From Armatimonadota bacterium (GTDB taxonomy: Bacteria; Sysuimicrobiota; Sysuimicrobiia; Sysuimicrobiales; Humicultoraceae), in NCBI GenBank assembly GCA_052386995.1, contig JBQTJP010000107.1, forward strand, positions 1 to 60,195: a stretch of 60,195 nucleotides of DNA, in the 5' to 3' direction. Of this stretch, positions 27,939 to 36,072 are shown piece after piece (positions within the stretch are counted from its first letter, which is position 1; each line of letters begins with the position of its first letter). The notes under the pieces are model-generated. The model was not told the DNA's origin. It made no database searches and saw only the letters and a program-made list of their open reading frames with translations. The position numbers and the translations under genes were made by a program.

Positions 27939-29477
27939 CTAACGGGTCAACCCACCCACCCTCACGTCGATGCCGTACGGTGTCTTGAGGACGATCCAGC
28001 CGCTGACGTGCGGCTTGAAGCCCGCGACGGCCTTCCGGGTCGCGTATGTGCGCTTCTCATGGAAAATGAACACCATCGGCGCGTCCTGCACGATCATCCG
28101 CTGGGCGTCACGATAGATCCGGATCCGATCGTTCTGGTTGGTGACGGTGCGCCCGCGATCGAGCAGCTCGTCCACCCGAGGATTGCGGTACTTTGTAAAG
28201 TTGAAGCCGCCAATCGCCGAGGTGTGAAATGGACTGTAGAGCAGCGCGTCGGGTTCGGGGTTGACCGTCCAGCCGACCCGCAGGACGTCGTAGTTTGCCT
28301 TCAGCAGGCGGTCGAGCAGGGTGGGAAACTCGACCGCCGTGACCTTGACGTTCACGTTGATCTGCTTCAATTGATCGATGATCAAGGCGACCTCCCGCTG
28401 GCTCTCCTCGCCGGCGGTGATCAAGTAGTTCATATCGAAGCCGCCGGCATGCCCGGCTTCGGCCATCAGCTGCTTCGCCCGGCTCAAGTTGAACCCGAGG
28501 CCCTTGAAGCGCTCGTCGTGGGCCCAGGATGTTGGAGGAATCGGCCCTTCCGCGATGACCCCGCGGCCCGGCCAGACGACGTCCACTATCTTCTGTTTGT
28601 CGACCGCGTGCGCAATGGCCTGACGTACCCGCACGTCGTCGAACGGCTTGACCGATGTATTGAAAGCCATGAGCCGGTAGTTGGTGCCAATGACCTCGTG
28701 CAGGTCCAACAGCAGGCTGACGCGCAGTCGTCGTAGGTCCTGCGCCGGCACACCGGCGATCAGGTCCGTTCCCCCCGACTCCAGCTCGGCAAGGCGGACG
28801 CTGGCTTCGGGAATGAAGCGGAGCTGCACCCGCTCCATCGCCGGGCGGCCCCCATAGTAGTCGGGGTTGGCCTCGAGCACGATGCGCTCATCGGCAACCC
28901 ATTCGACCCACTTGTAAGGGCCTGTGCCGACCGGCCGGCGAGCGAAATCCCGCCCAACGCGCGTATGGTAGGCTCGGGGTAGGATGTACGCGGCGGTAGC
29001 CAGGTTCGTCAGGATCGGGACGAACGGGGCTCGGGTCGTAATGCGCACCGTGGTGCGGTCCGCGGCGTCCACGGCGCTGATCTGTGACAGCAGGCCACGC
29101 TGCGGGGACCGCGTATCGGGGTTGAGGATGCGGTCGAGAGTGAATTTGACGTCCTCGGCGGTGAAGTCGCTGCCGTCATGAAACTTGACGTTCTGGCGGA
29201 GCCTGAACGTCCAGACGCGGCCATCGGCTGAAACCGTCCAGGACTCGGCGAGAGTTGGCTTCGGCACCCCGTCCGTGTCGAGTTGCAGCAACGGTTCCAG
29301 GACATGCGAATACACCTGCTGCGAGTACAGGTCGGTGGAAAGCCCAGGGTCCATCGTCGTGGGTTGAGCCTCCATCCCAACACGCAGCACGGCAGCGGGA
29401 GCGGGCGCCGGCGCGGCCGGCCCCATTACGGCGAGCACAACGAACACTGCGGCTGGTAGAGCGATCCAGCGCATCAT
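27939..29477 (-). CDS. ABC transporter substrate-binding protein, family 5, second module
   Basis: 512 aa. GGAGG SD. Signal peptide MMRWIALPAAVFVVLAVMGPAAPAPA. Contains LAESWTVSADGRVWTFRLRQNVKFHDG..TAEDVKFTLDRILNP. Confidence 0.9.
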   Translation of the reverse strand: MMRWIALPAAVFVVLAVMGPAAPAPAPAAVLRVGMEAQPTTMDPGLSTDLYSQQVYSHVLEPLLQLDTDGVPKPTLAESWTVSADGRVWTFRLRQNVKFHDGSDFTAEDVKFTLDRILNPDTRSPQRGLLSQISAVDAADRTTVRITTRAPFVPILTNLATAAYILPRAYHTRVGRDFARRPVGTGPYKWVEWVADERIVLEANPDYYGGRPAMERVQLRFIPEASVRLAELESGGTDLIAGVPAQDLRRLRVSLLLDLHEVIGTNYRLMAFNTSVKPFDDVRVRQAIAHAVDKQKIVDVVWPGRGVIAEGPIPPTSWAHDERFKGLGFNLSRAKQLMAEAGHAGGFDMNYLITAGEESQREVALIIDQLKQINVNVKVTAVEFPTLLDRLLKANYDVLRVGWTVNPEPDALLYSPFHTSAIGGFNFTKYRNPRVDELLDRGRTVTNQNDRIRIYRDAQRMIVQDAPMVFIFHEKRTYATRKAVAGFKPHVSGWIVLKTPYGIDVRVGGLTR

Positions 29478-29544
29478 GTGTGAACACCTCCGGCGTGCGG
29501 CTGGGTTGTCCAGCAGTCGTTCGCTGGATGAGGAGGGAGGTCCT

Positions 29545-30807
29545 GTGCGGCGGGGAACCCTCTCGCAGAGAGAGCCCTACGGGACCGCGCAGGCAGTTCC
29601 TCGACTTCATGTCGTGAAGCATCGTCTCCCAGAGCTGGCCGCTCGCGACAGCCGCGTGACGCGGCGGGTACGTGAGGCCGTACGCACGCAGGTCGCCGAC
29701 GGCATCTCACGCGGAGTGTTTCCAGGCGCCGTCGTGGCGGTCGCCCGGGGACGCCAGCGCCTGGTTCTGGACGCCTTCGGCCATGCGCAGGTGACACCGC
29801 GCCGCGTCGTGATGCGCGCCGATACCATATTCGATCTCGCCAGCCTGACGAAGCCCGTCGCGACCACGACGGCGATCCTGCGGCTGTGGGAGCAAGGCAA
29901 GATTGACCTCGACGCCCCGGTCGCGCGCTATCTCCCGGACTTCGCCCAGGAGGGAAAAGCCACCGCGACCATCCGCCATCTCCTGGCACACACCTCTGGT
30001 CTGCCGGCGTGGGAGATGCTGTATCTGCCCGGACCCGGACGCGCCGGCGGCCCACCGACACCGGCCTGCCGCTCGATCAGAGAAGCCGTCGCGCGGATCT
30101 GCGCGACACCTGCCGTAGCGCCACCGGCAACCAGAATTGAATACAGCGATCTCGGGTTCATTGTGCTGGGTGATCTGGTTGAACGCCTGAGCGCGCGACT
30201 CGACACTCATGCGCGCAGGCACATCTTCGAGCCGCTCGGAATGACGTGCACTCGTTTCGTGGCACCGCGATCGTGGCGCACGCGGTGCGCGGCAACGGAG
30301 ATCGGCAACGCTTATGAGCGGGGTAGGGCGGCCGCACAGGGGCTCGGCCGGCGATTCCGCTGGCGGTCGAACCTGCTGCGCGGGCAAGTCCACGACGGCA
30401 ACGCCTGGCATGTTGGTCGCGGCATCGCGGGCCACGCCGGCCTGTTCGGCACGGCGGCGGACCTGGCCCGGTTTGGAAGAGTGATGCTCGCGGGCGGCGT
30501 GCTGGAGGGCGCGCACATTCTGCGCCACGAGACCGTCGCGGAGGCGACGAAGACTCAAACACCGGGACTCGCCTCCGAGCCCCGCGGGCTGGGGTGGGCA
30601 CTGCGCGGATGGCCTTTCCTCGGCACGCGCGTGTCCACGACGGCGTTCGGACATACCGGCTTCACCGGCACCTCGCTCCTCGTCGATCCGCAGCGGGCTC
30701 TTGCGATCGTCCTGCTGACCAACCGCGTACATCCCCGCGTGGATGACGCGATCATCAAATTCCGTCCGGTGTTTCATGACGCGCTCATCGAGGCCTGCGA
30801 TGGTTGA
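29545..30807 (+). CDS. class-C beta-lactamase-fold serine hydrolase, candidate AmiE/YbbE-like MurNAc-L-Ala amidase
   Basis: SxxK (FDLASLTKPVATT), YSD (Y-x-N position) and HTGFTG (K/H-T-G) motifs. GTG 29545 follows a strong GGAGGGAGG SD. The amidase function is inferred from the family plus the murQ/anmK context, not proven. No signal peptide. Confidence 0.8.
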   Translation: MRRGTLSQREPYGTAQAVPRLHVVKHRLPELAARDSRVTRRVREAVRTQVADGISRGVFPGAVVAVARGRQRLVLDAFGHAQVTPRRVVMRADTIFDLASLTKPVATTTAILRLWEQGKIDLDAPVARYLPDFAQEGKATATIRHLLAHTSGLPAWEMLYLPGPGRAGGPPTPACRSIREAVARICATPAVAPPATRIEYSDLGFIVLGDLVERLSARLDTHARRHIFEPLGMTCTRFVAPRSWRTRCAATEIGNAYERGRAAAQGLGRRFRWRSNLLRGQVHDGNAWHVGRGIAGHAGLFGTAADLARFGRVMLAGGVLEGAHILRHETVAEATKTQTPGLASEPRGLGWALRGWPFLGTRVSTTAFGHTGFTGTSLLVDPQRALAIVLLTNRVHPRVDDAIIKFRPVFHDALIEACDG

Positions 30808-31774
30808 GCAACCGAGCCAGCGATTGCTGCTTGGAGTCGACGGCGGCGCGACGAAAACCCGGGCAGTCGTTATTTCGGAGAGGGGCGCGGTCCTCGGACG
30901 ATCGGAGGTGCGGTCGAGTAGCGCCTACCACCGCGAGCCGGAGGAAGCCGCCGGCATCGTTGTGAGTGCCGCGCGCGAGGCACTCGGCCACGCGGGCACA
31001 GCCGCGCCTGTCGCGGCGCTTGGCGCAGGGCTCGCCGGAGCGGATGATCCTACGGTGCATCAGCGGCTCACCCGCGCGCTCGGCGATGCCGGGCTTGCCC
31101 AGACTGTCGTCGTCGATCATGACGCGGCGGCCGCGCTGGCGGGTGGTACCGTGCTGCAACCGGGAATCGTCATCATTGCTGGTACCGGATCGATTGCGTT
31201 CGGGGTCGACCAGACGGGCCGCCGGGCGCGCGCGGGCGGATGGGGGCCGCTGCTCGACGACGAAGGCAGCGGGTACGCGGTCGGCCGCGGCGCGCTGCGG
31301 GCTGCAATGCGCGCCCACGACGGTCGCGGCGGCGAGACCACACTCACCGGCGCTCTCGCGCGGCGCTTTGGGCTGGGGTCGCTGGCGTCCCTGAAGATGA
31401 CGGTCAAGACGCTTAACATCGACGAGATCGCGTCGCTGGCGCCTCTTGTGGTCGCGGCGGCGCGCGATCGCGATACGGTGGCGCTCGCGATCCTCACCCG
31501 CGCCGGTGAGGGGCTGGCGGCCATGATTGCGGCGGTGGCGCGCACGCTCGGATGGGAGCGCGCCGGCTTTCCACTCGTACCCACCGGTGGGATGTTCAAG
31601 GCAGGGGAAGCGATCCGCGAGCCGATGGTGCGCGCGCTACGTGCCGGCCGCTCCACCGCGCAACTGGTGGAGGCGCGTTTTTCTCCCGACGTCGGAGCAG
31701 CGTTGCTCGCGGCTCAGGCTGCGGGTTGTGATATCGGTGCGCTCATCGGGCGCTTGGACACGGGAGGAGCATGA
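30800..31774 (+). CDS. BadF/BadG/BcrA/BcrD-type sugar kinase (GlcNAc / MurNAc kinase, MurK-like)
   Basis: MVEQPSQRLLLGVDGGATKTRAVV..., IIAGTGSIAFG, GGWGPLLDDEGSGYAVG. ATG 30800 overlaps the upstream stop by 8 nt. Substrate is inferred from the adjacent murQ. Confidence 0.8.
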   Translation: MVEQPSQRLLLGVDGGATKTRAVVISERGAVLGRSEVRSSSAYHREPEEAAGIVVSAAREALGHAGTAAPVAALGAGLAGADDPTVHQRLTRALGDAGLAQTVVVDHDAAAALAGGTVLQPGIVIIAGTGSIAFGVDQTGRRARAGGWGPLLDDEGSGYAVGRGALRAAMRAHDGRGGETTLTGALARRFGLGSLASLKMTVKTLNIDEIASLAPLVVAAARDRDTVALAILTRAGEGLAAMIAAVARTLGWERAGFPLVPTGGMFKAGEAIREPMVRALRAGRSTAQLVEARFSPDVGAALLAAQAAGCDIGALIGRLDTGGA

Positions 31775-32775
31775 AGAAGCGTCGCGCGAGCCAAAGACGG
31801 ACGCGTCACAGACGAGAGGTGCATACGCGACCGCCGGGGGACTATGGCGCGCTGGGGACCGAGCAGCGCAACCCCCGGTCACGGGCCCTGGACCGCATGT
31901 CGACGACGGCGATCCTGCGCCTTATGAACGATGAAGATCGCCGCGTGCCCGAGGCCGTTCGCAGGGAAATCCCCCGCATCGCCCGCGCCGTGGACGAGGT
32001 TGTCCGGGCGATCCGCGCCGGCGGTCGCGTCATCTACGTCGGCGCCGGGACGAGCGGCCGTATCGGCCTGCTGGATGCGCTCGAGTGGCCGCCGACGTTT
32101 GGGGTCAGTCCCGATCTGGTGAAGGCGATCGTAGCCGGCGGCACGCAGGCGACCATCGGGTCCGCGGCCGCTTCGGAAGACGACCGCGTCGAAGGGCGTG
32201 CCCAGGTCGCCGCGGCGATGGTGAGCCCGCGGGACGTCGTCGTCGGGATCGCAGCCAGCGGAATGACACCGTTTGTGCTGGGCGCGGCCGAGGAAGCCCG
32301 CGAGCGTGGCGCGCCGGTGATCGGTCTGAGCAACGTTCCCGGTTCACCGCTGGCGACGATGGCGGACGTCGTGATCACGCCCGCCGTCGGCGCGGAGGTG
32401 CTGACCGGATCGACGCGATTGAAAGCCGGCACGTCCCAGAAGCTTGTGCTCAACATGATCAGCACCGCCGCGATGGTGCGGCTGGGGAAGGTGTACTCCA
32501 ACCTGATGGTGGATATGACGCAGGGCAACCGGAAGCTCGCTGATCGCGCGCGCCGCATGGTGGCGGCTGCGACCGGGCTCGATCCGGAAGCGAGCGCCCG
32601 CATACTCGACGATGCCGGCGGCAACGCCAAGGTGGCGATCGTGATGGCGCTGCGCAGTATTAATCGCGGCGAAGCGGAGGAGCAGCTGAGGCAGGCGGGC
32701 GGACACGTGAGCGACGCGGTGGGGAAGAGGCCCGGTCCACGGCGCGTCGCACCGCGCCGGCGGCGTCCCGAATAA
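31771..32775 (+). CDS. murQ: N-acetylmuramic acid 6-phosphate etherase
   Basis: LGTEQRNPRSRALDRMSTTAILRLMNDEDRRV, the SIS domain YVGAGTSGRIG, and TGSTRLKAGTSQKLVLNMIST. ATG 31771 overlaps the kinase stop (ATGA) but adds a basic extension with rare codons. GTG 31819 is an alternative start. Confidence 0.93.
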   Translation: MKKRRASQRRTRHRREVHTRPPGDYGALGTEQRNPRSRALDRMSTTAILRLMNDEDRRVPEAVRREIPRIARAVDEVVRAIRAGGRVIYVGAGTSGRIGLLDALEWPPTFGVSPDLVKAIVAGGTQATIGSAAASEDDRVEGRAQVAAAMVSPRDVVVGIAASGMTPFVLGAAEEARERGAPVIGLSNVPGSPLATMADVVITPAVGAEVLTGSTRLKAGTSQKLVLNMISTAAMVRLGKVYSNLMVDMTQGNRKLADRARRMVAAATGLDPEASARILDDAGGNAKVAIVMALRSINRGEAEEQLRQAGGHVSDAVGKRPGPRRVAPRRRRPE

Positions 32776-32776
32776 C

Positions 32777-34006
32777 ATGCGTGCCACCGATGATCTGGCA
32801 CGGAAAGATCCCAAACTGGTCGTCGGCCTCATCTCAGGGACCTCGGCCGACGGCATCGATGCCGCGCTGGTCGAGATCGTTGGTGCTGGGGTTGACGCGC
32901 GACTGCGGCTGGTCGCCGGCCTGACAGCGCCGCTTCCCGCGGCCGATCGCGATGAGTTGTTCTTGATTTTCGATCCGCCGACCGGGACCGTCGACCGCAT
33001 CACCAGATTTCACTTTCGCCTGGGCGAGCTGTTCGCCGCCTCCGCCTTGGCCGTTATCGCGCAGGCGGGCCTGACGGCAGCGCAGGTCGACCTGATCGGC
33101 TCGGCCGGACAAACCGTCTGGCACATTCCCCCTCCCGGTGGTGCAACGCTCCAGATCGGGGAGGCGGCCGTCATCGCAGAACGCACGGGCGTGCCCGTCG
33201 TCGCGGATTTCCGCGTTGCCGACATGGCGGCCGGCGGGCATGGCGCGCCGCTGGTGCCGTACTTCGATTTCGTGGTGTTTCGCCATCCAGAGCGCACCCG
33301 GGCGGTGCAGAACATCGGCGGGATCGGCAACGTCGCGTATCTGCCCGCGGGCATCGGCTCGACGACCGACGCCCGCGCGATTCTGGCGTTCGACACGGGG
33401 CCCGGCAACATGATCATCGACGCTATGATGCAGATGGTGACCTCCGGTGCCGAGGCGTTTGATCGCGACGGCACGACCGCGTCGCGCGGCCGTGTGCATG
33501 CATCGTGGCTCGCGGAATTGCTCGACGATCCCTATCTCCGCATGCCGCCCCCCAAATCGACAGGGCGAGAGGTCTACGGACGGCGGTTCGCCGCTCGCCT
33601 GCTGGAGGAAGCGCGACGGCGGCGCCTGTCGTCTGAGGATACGATTGCCACCGTGTCGGCACTGACGGCCGATTCGATCGCGCGGGCCTATCGCGATTTC
33701 CTCATCCCCCGCGCCGGGCTCGACGAGGTGATCGTCAGCGGCGGTGGGGCGTACAACGGCTTCCTCCGCCGCAGGATCGCCGACGGACTGGGGGTGCCGG
33801 TGCGCCTGTGCGAGGAGTTCGGAGTCAACGGCAAGTTAAAGGAAGCGATGGCGTTTGCGTTGATGGCCTCGGACGCTGTCGCCGGCATGGCGACGAATGT
33901 GCCGAGCGCCACCGGTGCCGCCGGTCCGCGCGTCCTCGGAAAGTTCGTGCCCGCGCCTGAGCGTGAGCGGAGCAGATGGCAGCGAAAGCCGGTGGCAAAA
34001 TCGTGA
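32777..34006 (+). CDS. anmK: anhydro-N-acetylmuramic acid kinase
   Basis: 409 aa. VVGLISGTSADGIDAALVEI, QNIGGIGNV, FDTGPGNMIIDA, GGGAYN. Confidence 0.93.
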   Translation: MRATDDLARKDPKLVVGLISGTSADGIDAALVEIVGAGVDARLRLVAGLTAPLPAADRDELFLIFDPPTGTVDRITRFHFRLGELFAASALAVIAQAGLTAAQVDLIGSAGQTVWHIPPPGGATLQIGEAAVIAERTGVPVVADFRVADMAAGGHGAPLVPYFDFVVFRHPERTRAVQNIGGIGNVAYLPAGIGSTTDARAILAFDTGPGNMIIDAMMQMVTSGAEAFDRDGTTASRGRVHASWLAELLDDPYLRMPPPKSTGREVYGRRFAARLLEEARRRRLSSEDTIATVSALTADSIARAYRDFLIPRAGLDEVIVSGGGAYNGFLRRRIADGLGVPVRLCEEFGVNGKLKEAMAFALMASDAVAGMATNVPSATGAAGPRVLGKFVPAPERERSRWQRKPVAKS

Positions 34007-34134
34007 AGCCCGCGCACAAAACCAGCTGGGGTGGTTTCTCCGGGTACTTCGCCGATCCCGACGGCTACACGTGGGAAGTTGCCTTCGCCCCAATGTTCAC
34101 CGTCGGCGCGGACGGGCGTTTGCGGATTCCGTGA
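34003..34134 (+). pseudogene. 3'-terminal remnant of a VOC (glyoxalase/bleomycin-resistance) family gene
   Basis: The frame opening at GTG 34003 (overlapping the anmK stop) reads VKPAHKTSWGGFSGYFADPDGYTWEVAFAPMFTVGADGRLRIP*. This is the typical last beta-alpha-beta-beta-beta module of VOC proteins (..V.pa.dt.WGG.sGYFaDPDGh.WEva.nP.f). About 80 N-terminal codons are absent. Confidence 0.6.
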
Positions 34135-34143
34135 GAGATCGCA

Positions 34144-34149
34144 TATAGT
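34144..34149 (+). promoter_or_regulatory. candidate -10 box (TATAGT) positioned for a leaderless argS transcript
   Basis: gcaTATAGTgagataATG: the hexamer ends 6 nt before the argS ATG (34156) and no SD lies in between. Confidence 0.3.
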
Positions 34150-34155
34150 GAGATA

Positions 34156-35835
34156 ATGTTCCGCGATGCCTTGCGCGCACAGATTACACAGGCCATCTCG
34201 CGTGCAATCGCCTCGAGCGCCATCGCTGCTGGAGAAATCCCCGCCTTTGACGTTGAGATCCCTAAAGACCGGCGCTTCGGCGACTACGCCACGAACGCGG
34301 CGATGGTGCTCGCGAAGCACACCGGCGGTAAACCCCGCGACATCGCTCAGCGCCTCATCGATTCGTATGCTGCATCCCCAGACCGCATCGCCCGCCTGGA
34401 GGTCGCAGGGCCGGGGTTCATCAACATCAGGATTGCCTGGCCCTGGAAACGCGAACTCGTCGCGACGATTTGTCGATTAGGGGAAGACTACGGCCTCCAG
34501 ACCGTGGGGGCCGGCCGGCGCGTCAACGTCGAGTTCGTGAGCGCCAACCCCGCGGGCCCGCTGCATGTGGGCACCGGCCGCGGTGCCGTGGTCGGCGACG
34601 TGCTGTCGAATCTCCTGGCGGCTCTGGGATATCGTGTCTCACGCGAGTATTACATCAACGATGCCGGCGAGCAGGTGCGACATCTGGCGTTGTCCGTTGA
34701 GGCACGGTACTTCGAACTGCTTGGGCAACTCAAGGATCTCCCGGAGAATGGGTACCGTGGAGACTACGTCGTCGACCTGGCGCGGGGTATCGCGGCCAAG
34801 GACGGCGATGCCTGGCTTCGGGCTCCGGAGGATGCGCGGCTCGACCACTTCCGCGATGTCAGCGTCGAGGCCATGGTCGCCGATGCCCACGAGGTCCTGG
34901 AGCGGTTCGGGATACGCTTCGACATCTGGGTCAGCGAGCGCGCGCTGGTGCGGTCGGGGGCTGTCGATCGCGCGGTGGCGGCGCTGCGCGAGCGCGGTGT
35001 CCTCTATGAGGGCGATGGCAATCTCTGGTTTCGCTCGACCGCCTTTGGCGACGACAAGGATCGGGTGATCGTCCGGGGCAGCGGCGAGGCGACGTATTTT
35101 GGCCGCGACATCGCCTACCATCTCGACAAGCTGGCGCGGGGATCCGAGCAGTTGATCGACGTCTGGGGGATCGATCACATCGGCGCTGTCGAGCGGCTGA
35201 AAGGCGCACTGGCGGCGCTCGAGGTACCGCGCGATGCGTTTGAGATCCTCATCCACCAGCATGTCCGCCTCAAGAACGAAGGCGAGGCGCTTCGGATGTC
35301 GAGACGGCGGGGGGAGTTCGTCGCGCTGCGTGACCTCATCGAGGCCGTGGGGGTTGACGCGGCGCGGTACTTCTATGCGATGACCTCGTTCACTATCCCA
35401 ATGGATTTTGACGTCGGTCTGGCGTTGCAGCACTCGCAGGACAACCCGATCTACTACGTGCAGTACGCTCACGCGCGCATCGCCGGCATTCTCCGCGAAG
35501 CCGGACTGTTGAGCGCCGGGAACCCGACGGCCCGGACGGCCACAGCGGAGGCGCCGCTGGACCGTCTCGAGGATGAGCGCGAGGCCGCGCTCATCCATGT
35601 CCTCGCCGAGCTGCCCGAGGTCATCCGCGCGGCGGGGCTGCGACGCGAGCCGCACCGCCTCTGCGCCTACGCCCGCGAGGTGGCGGAAGCGTTCCATGTG
35701 TTCTATACGCACTGCCGGGTGCTGACCGACGATGCGTCCCTGACCGCCGCCCGCCTTGCCCTGGTCGACGCCACGCGAATCGTGCTCCGCCGCATCCTCG
35801 GGCTCTTGGGGGTCTCGGCCCCCGACCGCATGTAG
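34156..35835 (+). CDS. argS: arginine--tRNA ligase
   Basis: 559 aa. Class I HIGH variant (SANPAGPLHVGTGRG), MSRRRGEF (KMSK-like), and a DALR anticodon-binding C-terminus. Confidence 0.96.
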   Translation: MFRDALRAQITQAISRAIASSAIAAGEIPAFDVEIPKDRRFGDYATNAAMVLAKHTGGKPRDIAQRLIDSYAASPDRIARLEVAGPGFINIRIAWPWKRELVATICRLGEDYGLQTVGAGRRVNVEFVSANPAGPLHVGTGRGAVVGDVLSNLLAALGYRVSREYYINDAGEQVRHLALSVEARYFELLGQLKDLPENGYRGDYVVDLARGIAAKDGDAWLRAPEDARLDHFRDVSVEAMVADAHEVLERFGIRFDIWVSERALVRSGAVDRAVAALRERGVLYEGDGNLWFRSTAFGDDKDRVIVRGSGEATYFGRDIAYHLDKLARGSEQLIDVWGIDHIGAVERLKGALAALEVPRDAFEILIHQHVRLKNEGEALRMSRRRGEFVALRDLIEAVGVDAARYFYAMTSFTIPMDFDVGLALQHSQDNPIYYVQYAHARIAGILREAGLLSAGNPTARTATAEAPLDRLEDEREAALIHVLAELPEVIRAAGLRREPHRLCAYAREVAEAFHVFYTHCRVLTDDASLTAARLALVDATRIVLRRILGLLGVSAPDRM

Positions 35836-36072
35836 CGCGCCACGAGGCCGGCTCAGGCTCTTGCGCGGCTTGCCTATGTTATGATACGAATATCCGTGGA
35901 ACGCACATGGCGGCCGCTCGCAGAGGTGGCCTGCCGACCATCCTCGGGTCTGCTCAAAACGAAAAACATATCAGGGCCGCGTCCCAGGCGATGCATGACC
36001 CATATCGGCCATGACCTCAAATAAGAGTTCGTCCTGCACGCAGGCAACCAGGTTGAAGGAGGCGTTTCCAGC

